This document shows positions 9,753-19,095 of a stretch of 64,000 nucleotides of DNA, piece after piece (within the stretch, counting starts at the first letter, position 1; every line of letters starts with the position of its first letter). The notes under the pieces were generated by a model that made no database searches, was not told the DNA's origin, and was given only the letters and a program-made list of their open reading frames with translations. This DNA is from Candidatus Moraniibacteriota bacterium. GTDB taxonomy: Bacteria > Patescibacteriota > Minisyncoccia > Moranbacterales > UBA1568. Where the stretch lies: the NCBI GenBank assembly GCA_030648835.1, contig JAUSGT010000002.1:309458-373457 (forward strand), read 5' to 3'. Made by a program: the position numbers and the translations under genes.

Positions 9753-9825
9753 GGGCACATAGCTCAGTTGGTAGAGCAGCGGCCTCTTAAGCCGACGGTC
9801 GCAGGTTCGATCCCTGCTGTGCCCA
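9753..9825 (+). tRNA. tRNA-Lys (anticodon CUU)
   Basis: gggcaca/tgtgccc acceptor, anticodon loop ctcttaa, T-arm ggttcgatcc. Confidence 0.85.
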
Positions 9826-9829
9826 CAAA

Positions 9830-9904
9830 GCCCTCGTAGCTCAATGGATAGAGCCGCGGACTTCTAAGCCGTTAATGTTGGTTCGATTCCAACCGAGGGC
9901 ACCA
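9830..9904 (+). tRNA. tRNA-Arg (anticodon UCU), CCA encoded
   Basis: gccctcg/cgagggc acceptor, anticodon loop cttctaa, T-arm ggttcgattcc. Confidence 0.85.
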
Positions 9905-9943
9905 GCCGGGGGTAGGTAAACAAAAATTTGAAGCCCTCATAGG

Positions 9944-10016
9944 GGTGACTATCGTTCAACGGTTAGGACTGCGGTTTGTGGTACCGCTAATCTGGGTTCG
10001 ATTCCCAGTAGTCACC
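9944..10016 (+). tRNA. tRNA-His (anticodon GUG) with encoded G-1
   Basis: G-1 pairs with C73; acceptor gtgacta/tagtcac; anticodon stem gcggt/accgc with loop ttgtggt. Confidence 0.8.
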
Positions 10017-10090
10017 CCTCTGGGGGTTTTTGTTTTGCTTAAAAATTCCGAGTATATAAACTCGCAGAAAATTTATTTGTCATTGAATGA

Positions 10091-10126
10091 TTATTTTATT
10101 ATACGCGACCGCGTATAATAAAATAA
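10091..10126. repeat. Perfect 17-bp-arm palindrome (ttattttattatacgcg ac cgcgtataataaaataa)
   Basis: Read directly; lies between the convergent tRNA cluster and the GC-rich secreted-protein gene. Confidence 0.7.
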
Positions 10127-10353
10127 CAAGTATAGGAATTTAGAAAGTGGATTTTTTGAATAAAAATAAAAAAAGACCCGGAACCCCTTTAAGAGTGGAA
10201 TAGAAAAGTAAAAGCCCCCGATACCTAAAAGCAAGGTGGTACCAGGGGCAGGATGCCAGACGAGGTCTGGCGCGGAACCTCCCAGAGGGGAGGATTCGAT
10301 TGTGTTGAATCTTGTGTGGCGGATTTTCCGCTCTTATTCTACTGCAAGGTGCT

Positions 10354-10941
10354 TTACTTGTTCGGCGCGCCGCCCGACTGGCTGCTGTTGCCGATCGACA
10401 TGAAGGTGTTGCCGGCGAGCTCGAGGCCGTGAGCGTAGCGCGCGGGATAGCTGACCATGATCGCGGTCGCATTGGTCACGCCGTTTTTCTCAACGAGTGG
10501 CGCCTGGTGGCTGATGGCAGTTCTGCTTAAGCCCGGCGCGCCGATGTTGACGCTCTTCATCGCGTTGACGTCGACCATTTCTTTGCCGTTGATGTAGCCC
10601 GCACCGTCCATGTTTGCACCGAGGTTCGCCTGTTCCAGGGTGTTGGCGCCATTGAACGTGTACTTGGCAGCGAGGGAACCCAGCGCGGCAGCATCGATCC
10701 TGGTGCCGATCGTGGTAAATCCGGGCGCCATTTCTTTGGCTGCGGCGGTCAGGTTCATTTCGGCGTTGAGGGAACCCAGCTCGGCAATGTCAGGCAGCAC
10801 GGTGGCCTTTGCATCGAGCAGGCTGGCAGCGGTGAGTCCCTGGGTCGGTATCTGCGCCGGCGGTTGCAGTGCGATCGCGGGAGCGGCCAGCGCGGCGACC
10901 ATGGCAGCGGCCATCAGGGTGAAACGAAGTTTCGTTTTCAT
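10354..10941 (-). CDS. Secreted Ala/Gly-rich protein of unknown function (signal peptide MKTKLRFTLMAAAMVAALAAPAIA)
   Basis: ORF with clear signal peptide; gene region is markedly GC-rich relative to surroundings. Confidence 0.5.
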   Translation of the reverse strand: MKTKLRFTLMAAAMVAALAAPAIALQPPAQIPTQGLTAASLLDAKATVLPDIAELGSLNAEMNLTAAAKEMAPGFTTIGTRIDAAALGSLAAKYTFNGANTLEQANLGANMDGAGYINGKEMVDVNAMKSVNIGAPGLSRTAISHQAPLVEKNGVTNATAIMVSYPARYAHGLELAGNTFMSIGNSSQSGGAPNK

Positions 10942-11152
10942 CGGTGAGTCCTTTTCAGGTTGATGGTACGAAGATTGCAATCCCCGTTTAAGTGGAACAT
11001 CCTTCCTATTCCTAAACGGCAGGGTAGAGGGCATATAAATAAATTTCTAATATCTAATTCCTAATGAATGATCAGTTCATTAAATATGCTCTCCATTCTG
11101 CCGCCTCGGAATGAGGAAAACGCAGTAGAATATGTTGTTAAATGACTAAAAT

Positions 11153-11234
11153 GTCATCCTGAACGCAGTGAAGGATCTCGGTAAACAATCCGCAGCCTTT
11201 TTATAAGGGGATTCTTCGCTTTGCTCAGAATGAC
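11153..11234. repeat. Small inverted-repeat element (25-bp imperfect TIRs gtcatcctgaacgcagtgaaggatc / gattcttcgctttgctcagaatgac), copy 1
   Basis: Termini are reverse complements; second copy at 40893-40992. Confidence 0.55.
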
Positions 11235-11353
11235 AACGTACTCTTTATTTGTTTTAAATTATACGCTTTATACGATATATTTCAATTTTCTGTCAATAGT
11301 GTTAATTTTCTCGTATTTAAGCCAAATTCAAAATACTATATTCGATATTCTAA

Positions 11354-12661
11354 TTAGGGATGTATTTTCTTGTATTCGGACCACTGTTTTTCAGACCAGC
11401 CTTTGGGCTTGGTTGCAAAGACCGGTTCTTCGCCGGGATGTGGGAAAAGACTGGGGGACTTGTAGTTGCTCCAGAAGCTGTCGTTGATGAGGCTTTCGCC
11501 GGTTGCATCCGTTACCAATTGGCTGAAGACGGTTTTCATGCTCCCATCGCCGCCCCTTTGCAAAATATGCGGGCCATCGACAGTGACGGTTCGCCCATCT
11601 TTGGTACCGTAGAAACGAAATGTCAGTTCCGTGTCATTGATAGTTGATTGCATGAGAATGGCGCCGGGGGTGTTGTTGGTGAAACCGAGATCGGGCTTGG
11701 GGATGTAGACGGTAGCATCCATCCCATAAGGAGTGTAGTATTTGACGGGGTAGGCGTGGTTGCGGCGCTCCGTAATCTTCATTCCGCTATAGATGGCGGC
11801 GCGGAAAACAGTGGTGGAAACTTGGCAGATGCCGCCGCCGAATTCCGGTGTGGTCTGATTGTTCTTGATGACCAGTTCCGGGAGATAACCGTGTTCGCCG
11901 TCGACCTCGCCCAAGTATTTCACGAAAGAGAATTCCTCACCGGGCGCGATGATGACATTTTGGAATTGTTCCAAGGCACGTTTGATATTGTAGATGCGAT
12001 TCTTGGGGGAGCCTTTGAAATTGGTGCGCCCCTCACCGACGAGCTCTCTTAGCCCGAGGCGTTCGCGATCAGCGGCCACGAGTTTGGCTTGTGTCACTTC
12101 AGTGGGGAGAGTAATTCTGATTGTTTCCGTCTCAGTATTTTGGAGGGCGTTTGCGAGAAGTTCCAAACTTTCTTTTTCTTGCAGACGGCGGCCGACTTTT
12201 TCCAGCTCGGCAACAATCACTCGATCACCTTCGGCGGAAAATACGACGTCGACGGGATCCTGGTTGATTCTTTCGGCAAGTCTCACAATGAATTCTTTGA
12301 GAGCTGGAGTGTCGGTGGTGCGGAAAAGAGTATTGTGGAGATGACGCGAGGTATAACGTGAAAGAGAGAAGTCGCAGAAAAGTTTTTGGGCCGGGCAAAA
12401 AGCGGTATTTTCCACTTCGGAAAGAGCGGGGGGAGTATAGGCGAGATGAGTATCCAGTCGCGTGAAAGCGGAGATAGTGGGGGAAGAGACAGTCTCCGTG
12501 TAATCACCGGAGCGGATGACAAGAGAGTTCAATGTCACGGCGGATGTCTTGTACGGGAAGAAAATACCAACGCACACAGCGCCCAGGATGAGGGTTTTGG
12601 TGATGGGAGAGCGAGATGAATGGGGCGCCGATATTTTCATGGAACGAGAGAGAAAAAACAA
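11354..12661 (-). CDS. VanW-family protein (start codon uncertain)
   Basis: GGGICQVSTTVFRAA motif characteristic of VanW domain; N-terminal TM segment. Confidence 0.7.
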   Translation of the reverse strand: MFFLSRSMKISAPHSSRSPITKTLILGAVCVGIFFPYKTSAVTLNSLVIRSGDYTETVSSPTISAFTRLDTHLAYTPPALSEVENTAFCPAQKLFCDFSLSRYTSRHLHNTLFRTTDTPALKEFIVRLAERINQDPVDVVFSAEGDRVIVAELEKVGRRLQEKESLELLANALQNTETETIRITLPTEVTQAKLVAADRERLGLRELVGEGRTNFKGSPKNRIYNIKRALEQFQNVIIAPGEEFSFVKYLGEVDGEHGYLPELVIKNNQTTPEFGGGICQVSTTVFRAAIYSGMKITERRNHAYPVKYYTPYGMDATVYIPKPDLGFTNNTPGAILMQSTINDTELTFRFYGTKDGRTVTVDGPHILQRGGDGSMKTVFSQLVTDATGESLINDSFWSNYKSPSLFPHPGEEPVFATKPKGWSEKQWSEYKKIHP

Positions 12662-12728
12662 AGCCGATTCCAGTAGAGCGGAAACGGCAAAGTATTGAAA
12701 TATTCTGTAGAGGCGTTTCAGAGGCCCT

Positions 12729-13280
12729 TTAGAAGCCGCGTACTTGGATTTTCTTGGTTTTGGTTGTGTCAGCCTTCGGCAAACGAATAGTCAAGATACC
12801 GTTTTTGAGCGACGCGTCAGCTTTTTCCGGGAGGACATCCACCGGCAAGAGGACAGTACGGGCGAAGGAACCCCAGTAGCATTCTTGGTAATAGTAATTG
12901 CCGTTTTCTACGATCTCCTCGTTTTTCCGCTCGCCTTTGACCGTAACCATATCATTGTTGATGGAAACATCGAGGTCTTCCGGTTTGACGCCGGCGATAG
13001 TGGACTTGATGACGATATCGTTTTCAGTCTGGTAAACATCGATCGTAAGCTGTCCTTCGGCGCCATCATTTTCGTGTGGCTGGTTCGGACTGGCTGCGGC
13101 GGTAGGCGCCCAAGCTTCCTCACTATTGCGGGGAGCGGCAAAAGCAGGCGCTGGTTCACGCATAGCGACCAAGGTCTCCTCTTCCTCGGTGTAGATAGGG
13201 ACAGATTCGCGATAGTTGTTGCCCTGGACGTCTTTGGCACCCGTGAGACGCTCAAAAAAGGAGTGTTTTTGTTTTATCAT
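12729..13280 (-). CDS. Hsp20/alpha-crystallin small heat-shock protein
   Basis: C-terminal alpha-crystallin domain incl. GILTIRLPK motif. Confidence 0.8.
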   Translation of the reverse strand: MIKQKHSFFERLTGAKDVQGNNYRESVPIYTEEEETLVAMREPAPAFAAPRNSEEAWAPTAAASPNQPHENDGAEGQLTIDVYQTENDIVIKSTIAGVKPEDLDVSINNDMVTVKGERKNEEIVENGNYYYQECYWGSFARTVLLPVDVLPEKADASLKNGILTIRLPKADTTKTKKIQVRGF

Positions 13281-13389
13281 AGGGATAAAATTCTCAAGTG
13301 ATTAGATAGTAAAATATCGCTTTTAGTATAGATGATTTTGTAAAGTGGCGCAAGTCCCGTTATTTTTGTATAGCGTAAAAGGTGTTTTT

Positions 13390-13923
13390 TTAGAATAAAA
13401 GTAGGATAGCCAGGTTATAGAGCGTGTGAAAGACAAGAGCGGCGGAAATGAGGGAGAGGGATCCGAATTGACGCTTCTTTGGTTCTTGAGGAGAGGAGTT
13501 TGAAGGGGAAAAAAGAAACAGAGCAAAAGCGATACTGGTCGCTATATGTAGGCCGAGGATTCCCGGCACCGCGAAAGAGGAGTGGAGTGTGGACGTATTC
13601 AAAACGAAAAGAGTTTCCAGGATGGCAAAGCCGAGTCCGAAGAGTGTACCGAGAATAAGGGAATGGTTGAAAGAGGTTCCGCCACGGGCAAAAAAACGTA
13701 AGGAGTATTGACGAAGAAATATATATTTGGTGGTTTCCTCGATGAACGCGATGCCGAGGAGGATGAAGAAGGATTCGAGTGAAAACACCCCATCGAAAGT
13801 AAAGGGGATGGCGGTGAAAAGAGTCTGATCGGGGAGGGAGAGCAGACTCACCGAGAGAAGTTCGAGAATGAGCGCGAAGCTCGAAGCGAGAGCGCCGAAA
13901 AGAATGATGACGATGAAAGGCAT
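13390..13923 (-). CDS. CPBP/CAAX-type intramembrane protease-like membrane protein
   Basis: Polytopic membrane protein with EE..K, F..H and HxxxN motifs. Confidence 0.45.
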   Translation of the reverse strand: MPFIVIILFGALASSFALILELLSVSLLSLPDQTLFTAIPFTFDGVFSLESFFILLGIAFIEETTKYIFLRQYSLRFFARGGTSFNHSLILGTLFGLGFAILETLFVLNTSTLHSSFAVPGILGLHIATSIAFALFLFSPSNSSPQEPKKRQFGSLSLISAALVFHTLYNLAILLLF

Positions 13924-13993
13924 ATTTGAATAGTATCAAGTAGAAGGTATCAAGTATCAAGTATGGGGACGGAGGCAATGAGAAAAGAAATTT

Positions 13994-16627
13994 TTAGACG
14001 AGCGAAGCGAGGTGGTGTTCGAAATCAGCGAGCTGTTTTCTCGCCTCTTCCAACTTCAACCGCTCCGCAACAACCACGTCCGGTTTGGCGCGTTCGATAA
14101 AGTTTTTATTTGAGAGTTTTGTTTCAAGAGTCGCGATGTATTTTGCTTTTTCGGATTTTTCATTTTCGAGACGTTTTGTTTCGGCATCAAAATCAATCAC
14201 GCCTTCAAGCTCAATAAATGTCTGAAGCGATCCGCATTGCGCAAGCGCTGTATGTGGTGGGAGGGTTTCGGAAAAATGAATTTCATTGATACGGGCGAGG
14301 CGTTTGAAAATTGCTTCATTCTTCTGAATGGATTGTTGTGATTCGCCGCGGACGGTAATACTGAGTTTTGTAGCCGGATCGATTTGGTAGAAGGCTTTTA
14401 TGGCGCGAATTTCTTGAATGAGCCCGATAACGAGTTGGAAGCTTGATGCTCCGTCTACTGCAGGTTTACCCTCCGAAGCTTTGGCGAAGGAGGGCCACTG
14501 TTCGACCATGAGGAGATTTTTTGTGTTATTGCCGGATATTCCCCAAAGCGCTTCGGTGACGTATGGCATAAAGGGGTGCCACAATTTGAGAAGCGTTTCA
14601 AAAACAAAACAGAGTACAGTATCATTCTTTTCAACCTTATGAATTTCTACATACCAGTCGGCAAATTCAGTCCAAGTAAAATCACGTAGTTTTTCTCCGG
14701 CGAGAGAGAGCTGGTAGTTTTCGATGAGTCGTGTCACTTCTCCTGCCGTATCTTGTAGTCGTTTCAGTATCCAATGATCCGCATCGCTTTTTGGTATCGG
14801 AACTATCGTAGGTTGTGAATCGCTAGTCGTGAGTTGAGTTTGAACATATCGTCCGATATTCCAGAGTTTATTCGTGAAATTTCGGAAACTGATAATCTTT
14901 TCGTCGCCAACCCGAACATCATTTCCGGGGGAGGATCCGATAACCAGGGCGAGACGCAACGCATCCGCACCGTAGTCAGCAATCATATCCAGCGGATCGA
15001 TAATGTTGTCCAAACTCTTACTCATCTTGTGGCCTTGTTCATCGCGTACGAGTCCGTGGAGATACACCGTTTTGAAAGGCACAGTATCGAGGAGATAGGT
15101 GGTCATAAGAATCATACGAGCTATCCAGAAAAAGAGGATATCATAGCCGGTTTCGAGTAATGCAGTTGGATGGTATGTTTTCAAATCCTCAGTGTGTTCC
15201 GGCCAGCCCAAAGTAGAGAATGTCCACAATCCGGATGAAAACCACGTATCAAGTGTGTCTGGGTCTTGTTGCCAGTCATCGCCTTCAGGTGCTTCGATGC
15301 CGCAATATATTTCCTCGTTTTTATACCAAACGGGTATCCTATGACCGTACCAAATTTGCCGTGAAATACACCAATCACGGAGGTTGTCGATCCAGTGGAA
15401 ATATACTTTTTCAAAACGTTCGGGGAGGATTTTGATTTTTCCTGATCGCACAGCATCCTGCATGAGTGACTTGAGCGTTACCGTTTTTCCGGCACGCTCA
15501 AATTCTTTGTTGACATTGATCCACCATTGTTTTTTGACTTGGGGTTCGATAACACCCCCTCCGCGACTGTTGGTGGCTATATTATGAGCATATTGTTCGT
15601 CGACCTTTACGACGAGTCCTTTGGTCTTAAGCTTCTCGACAATTTTTTTGCGAGCCTCCTTTATTCCTTGTCCCGCAAATTCCTTCGCAATAGGCAGGAG
15701 TTTTCCTTGGTCGTCGATAATTTGCTCGATATCGAGACCGTGCCTCTTTGCGATTTCGAAGTCTATACGCGAATGAGCGGGAGTAATGGTCATAACGCCG
15801 GATCCGAATGTCATATCGCCCGCCGTGTCTTTGATAATGGTGGCCGTGATGGGCCCATTTATCCATTCCAGGTCGATTTTTTGTCCATGCTGGTATTCTT
15901 TGTAGCGTTCATCATCCGGATGCATGACCACATACTTGTCGCCGAATTTGGTTTCAGGGCGTACCGTACCGATGACGAAGGGGCCGTACTGGAAATAATA
16001 GAAAGGGCTATTTTTTTCCACGTAATCGATTTCATCGTCAGAGACGGTCGTTTGCATCTCTGGATCCCAGTTGACGATACGCTCACCGCGATAAATTATT
16101 GCCTCATCAAACATTTTTTTGAAAGCGGTACGAACGGCAAAGTTACGTTTTTCATCCAAGGTGTAGGCTTCGCGCGACCAGTCGAGCGAGGAACCTATTT
16201 TTTTTGTCTGGTGGATGATAGTGTCATGGCTTGCCTTCGCGAATGTTTCAACACGTTTCAACAGTTCCTCACGCCCCAGATCATGGCGAGTCTTTCCCTC
16301 TTCTTCGAAAATAATCTTTTCGACTTTGCTCTGGGTGGCGATAGCGGCATGATCGGTGCCGGGCAGCCAGAGGGTGCGATAACCCTGCATTCGTTTGAAA
16401 CGAACAATCAGATCCTCAATCGCCAGCATACAGGCGCTCCCGGTGTGGAGCGTCCCTGTCACATTCGGTGGGGGAAGAACAATACTGAAAGGAACGGCAT
16501 CCACTTTTGTGACGCCGGCTTCAATGCATTTGTCCGGGTTGAAAAAACCACTCTCTTCCCAAGCGTGGTAGAGCTTGTCTTCCCAATCTTTGGCATCGTA
16601 GGCTTTGGGGATTTCTTGTCCGTTCAT
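13994..16627 (-). CDS. valS: Valine--tRNA ligase
   Basis: PPPNVTGTLHTGS (HIGH-region variant), KMSKS, C-terminal coiled coil; 877 aa. Confidence 0.9.
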   Translation of the reverse strand: MNGQEIPKAYDAKDWEDKLYHAWEESGFFNPDKCIEAGVTKVDAVPFSIVLPPPNVTGTLHTGSACMLAIEDLIVRFKRMQGYRTLWLPGTDHAAIATQSKVEKIIFEEEGKTRHDLGREELLKRVETFAKASHDTIIHQTKKIGSSLDWSREAYTLDEKRNFAVRTAFKKMFDEAIIYRGERIVNWDPEMQTTVSDDEIDYVEKNSPFYYFQYGPFVIGTVRPETKFGDKYVVMHPDDERYKEYQHGQKIDLEWINGPITATIIKDTAGDMTFGSGVMTITPAHSRIDFEIAKRHGLDIEQIIDDQGKLLPIAKEFAGQGIKEARKKIVEKLKTKGLVVKVDEQYAHNIATNSRGGGVIEPQVKKQWWINVNKEFERAGKTVTLKSLMQDAVRSGKIKILPERFEKVYFHWIDNLRDWCISRQIWYGHRIPVWYKNEEIYCGIEAPEGDDWQQDPDTLDTWFSSGLWTFSTLGWPEHTEDLKTYHPTALLETGYDILFFWIARMILMTTYLLDTVPFKTVYLHGLVRDEQGHKMSKSLDNIIDPLDMIADYGADALRLALVIGSSPGNDVRVGDEKIISFRNFTNKLWNIGRYVQTQLTTSDSQPTIVPIPKSDADHWILKRLQDTAGEVTRLIENYQLSLAGEKLRDFTWTEFADWYVEIHKVEKNDTVLCFVFETLLKLWHPFMPYVTEALWGISGNNTKNLLMVEQWPSFAKASEGKPAVDGASSFQLVIGLIQEIRAIKAFYQIDPATKLSITVRGESQQSIQKNEAIFKRLARINEIHFSETLPPHTALAQCGSLQTFIELEGVIDFDAETKRLENEKSEKAKYIATLETKLSNKNFIERAKPDVVVAERLKLEEARKQLADFEHHLASLV

Positions 16628-16659
16628 ATCGTTCAGAATACCATTAGAAAGCCTTTACT

Positions 16660-17226
16660 TCAACCTTTTACATCATTCAGTATGCGGAGAAAGATTTCAT
16701 CGCCCGAGGTTTGGTCAATGAGATGTTCAGGATGGAATTGAAGTCCCCAGAGCGGGCGTGAGCTATGTTTGAATATTTCCTTGCCGTCTTCAGACTCCGC
16801 AAGGACATCGAATGACTCCGGGAGTTTTTTGATTGCCCAAGAATGGCCCTCATATACTTGAAAAGGAGAATGGATGCTGAGTATCCGTGTGCCAGTTTCT
16901 GTCGGTAAGACAGTGATGATTCCCTGTCGTTTTTTTCCGAGGAATTCAAGCTCTGCGTCAAATGCATTCGCAATAATCTGCGCTCCGAGACAAATGCCAA
17001 TGATCGGTTTTTCTGATCCGAGAATGATGCTTTTTTGGATGAGAAAAAATTCTTCGTATTCTGTGACGGACGGAACGTTCGTTCCACCGGAAAGAATGAT
17101 GAGATCACGTCCGAGCGCGTCAGTAGCAGAGAGTTTATTCCATGGCACAACAGTCGGAGTATCCGGAAGAAGTCTGCAGATTTTTTCGAGATGTTTTGTC
17201 TGGTTGTCGATGAGGAGAATGTTCAT
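16660..17226 (-). CDS. Class I glutamine amidotransferase-like protein
   Basis: GICLGAQ nucleophile elbow and QFHPE motifs. Confidence 0.65.
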   Translation of the reverse strand: MNILLIDNQTKHLEKICRLLPDTPTVVPWNKLSATDALGRDLIILSGGTNVPSVTEYEEFFLIQKSIILGSEKPIIGICLGAQIIANAFDAELEFLGKKRQGIITVLPTETGTRILSIHSPFQVYEGHSWAIKKLPESFDVLAESEDGKEIFKHSSRPLWGLQFHPEHLIDQTSGDEIFLRILNDVKG

Positions 17227-17231
17227 AATAT

Positions 17232-18419
17232 TTAAGATTTTAGATTTTGGAGTGGCAGGTTGGCATCGGGGTCGAGAGTGAGGGGAGTGTCCATAAGTTC
17301 CTTTCTCTGTTGTACACTCATATGTTCGTAACGGAAGGCGGCGGCGATGCCGATCATAGCCGCGTTATCGAGCGAGTAGGCAAATTCCGGTGTCAGAAAG
17401 GTTATCTTATCCTGATTTGGAAGCTCGGCTTCCAAATTGAGAGAATCGATGATTTTTTGCAATTGTTCGCGGAGACGTACGTTTGCGGAGACACCGCCGG
17501 CGATGACAAGCGTTTGGGGTGAATAGAGTTCAATCGCTTTTTTTGTCTTAGTCACCAACACATCGACGACGGCTTCTTGAAACTCACAACAGACTTGATC
17601 GATGAATTTCTCGTTTCTCATCCCTGCCGTATGTTTTTTCAGAAAGTAGAGAACTGCTGTTTTCAATCCGGAAAATGAGAAATTGAAATCATCGCTGTTT
17701 AACATTGGTCTCGGAAAGGTAAATTTAGTGTCATCCCGAACTTGTCGAGGGATCTCGTTTTTTGTATCAACAACTTGGGTATTACGGGATTCCTCACTAT
17801 GTTCAGAATGACGCTGTCTAAAATCATCGGCACGTTTCGCGACGATTGGTCCACCAGGGTAGGTGAGGCCGAGAAGTTTAGCTACTTTATCAAAAGCTTC
17901 GCCCGCGGCGTCATCTTGTGTTTCCCCAAGCACTTCGTATTGGAAATGACCGCGCATCAAGACAAGTTCGGTATGTCCACCGGATACAATCAGAGCAATC
18001 AAAGGAAAAATATCTTTTTGGTTTTTGGTTATTGGTGATTGGTTATTGCCAATGAAATTGGCGTATATATGTCCCTCGAGATGATTGATGCCGATAAGCG
18101 GCTTTTTCCAAATAAGCGCCAGAGTTTTGGCGGCGCTGACACCGACCAAGAGGGCCGGCATCAGTCCGGGTCCTTGGGTGACGGCGATGAAGTCAATAGT
18201 ATCCGGTTTTGTGCCGGAGCGGGTGAGTGTTTCTTCTATGACAGGAACGATGTTTTTCATATGTTCTCGTGAAGCGAGATTCGGGACCACACCACCCCAT
18301 TTTTCATGGACTGTCTGCGTGGAAACGGTATTGGCAAGCACGGTAGCTTTGGAATCGGTCCATTCTATAATAGCGGCCGCCGTGTCATCACAGGATGTTT
18401 CGATGCTCAAAATGCGCAT
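17232..18419 (-). CDS. tsaD: tRNA N6-adenosine threonylcarbamoyltransferase (Kae1/TsaD family)
   Basis: MRILSIETSCDDTAAAI N-terminus, HxEGH (NHLEGH) metal site; about 35-aa insertion relative to typical TsaD. Confidence 0.85.
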   Translation of the reverse strand: MRILSIETSCDDTAAAIIEWTDSKATVLANTVSTQTVHEKWGGVVPNLASREHMKNIVPVIEETLTRSGTKPDTIDFIAVTQGPGLMPALLVGVSAAKTLALIWKKPLIGINHLEGHIYANFIGNNQSPITKNQKDIFPLIALIVSGGHTELVLMRGHFQYEVLGETQDDAAGEAFDKVAKLLGLTYPGGPIVAKRADDFRQRHSEHSEESRNTQVVDTKNEIPRQVRDDTKFTFPRPMLNSDDFNFSFSGLKTAVLYFLKKHTAGMRNEKFIDQVCCEFQEAVVDVLVTKTKKAIELYSPQTLVIAGGVSANVRLREQLQKIIDSLNLEAELPNQDKITFLTPEFAYSLDNAAMIGIAAAFRYEHMSVQQRKELMDTPLTLDPDANLPLQNLKS

Positions 18420-18459
18420 GATTGTGTTGAATAGGATATACTGTAACTGTATCAAGCCT

Positions 18460-19095
18460 ATGACAAAGCGCAAGTATTCCAAGGAAGTTGGCAAGGATGT
18501 AACCGATGAAGAGTTGGTGGCTTTGGTACGGCGCGTTGACCCGGGCTACTATGAGGCAATAGTCACTCGTTATCGGAAGAAGTTACTCCCATATTTTTGG
18601 CGCTTGATCGGTGTCGGTGATGAAGCGGAAGATTTGCTTCAGAATGTTTTTATCAAAGTATTCGAGCACTTAGCCGACTTCGATATACAGCGGAAATTTT
18701 CCCCGTGGATTTATCGTATCGCGCACAATGAGGCGGTGAATTATCTCAAGAAAAAAAGCTATCGCCAGCTGATAGCCTGGGAAGATATCACCAGTGTCAA
18801 GGAGATGACGAGCGCCAGAGATGAGGGTGAAACACCGGAAGAAGCGCGGATGAGAGATGAGGCGCGTATCGCACTCAGAAGAGCGCTTAATACGCTCCCC
18901 AAAAAGTATCGGGAAATTCTTCAACTGCGTTATTATCTGGATAAGTCATACGCCGAGATGAGCCGGATTTTGAAGAAACCCGAGAATACGGTGGCCAGTA
19001 TGCTGAGCCGGGCGAAGAAACAACTCTTCAAAAGTCTCGGTGAACGCAATAGAGATGTTACAAGCCCATTTGATCCGGAAAGGTTTTTCTTGTAG
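18460..19095 (+). CDS. RNA polymerase sigma-70 family (ECF-type) sigma factor
   Basis: Region 2 (DLLQNVFIKVF...WIYRIAHNEAVNYLKK) and region 4 (YREILQLRYYLDKSYAEMSRIL); start chosen at first ATG not overlapping divergent tsaD. Confidence 0.75.
   Translation: MTKRKYSKEVGKDVTDEELVALVRRVDPGYYEAIVTRYRKKLLPYFWRLIGVGDEAEDLLQNVFIKVFEHLADFDIQRKFSPWIYRIAHNEAVNYLKKKSYRQLIAWEDITSVKEMTSARDEGETPEEARMRDEARIALRRALNTLPKKYREILQLRYYLDKSYAEMSRILKKPENTVASMLSRAKKQLFKSLGERNRDVTSPFDPERFFL

Noticed and set aside
10140-10472. 110-aa minus ORF and 72-aa plus ORF in the GC-rich patch
   Set aside because: Overlap the better-supported signal-peptide protein gene or lie in its 3' UTR; GC-rich DNA yields long spurious ORFs.
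15527-16741. 404-aa plus-strand ORF inside valS
   Set aside because: Antisense shadow ORF of valS.
18085-18459. Upstream extension of the sigma-factor ORF (track start 18085)
   Set aside because: Would overlap the divergent tsaD coding region by more than 300 nt. The conserved sigma-70 region 2 begins after the ATG at 18460 (an in-frame ATG at 18418 is also possible).
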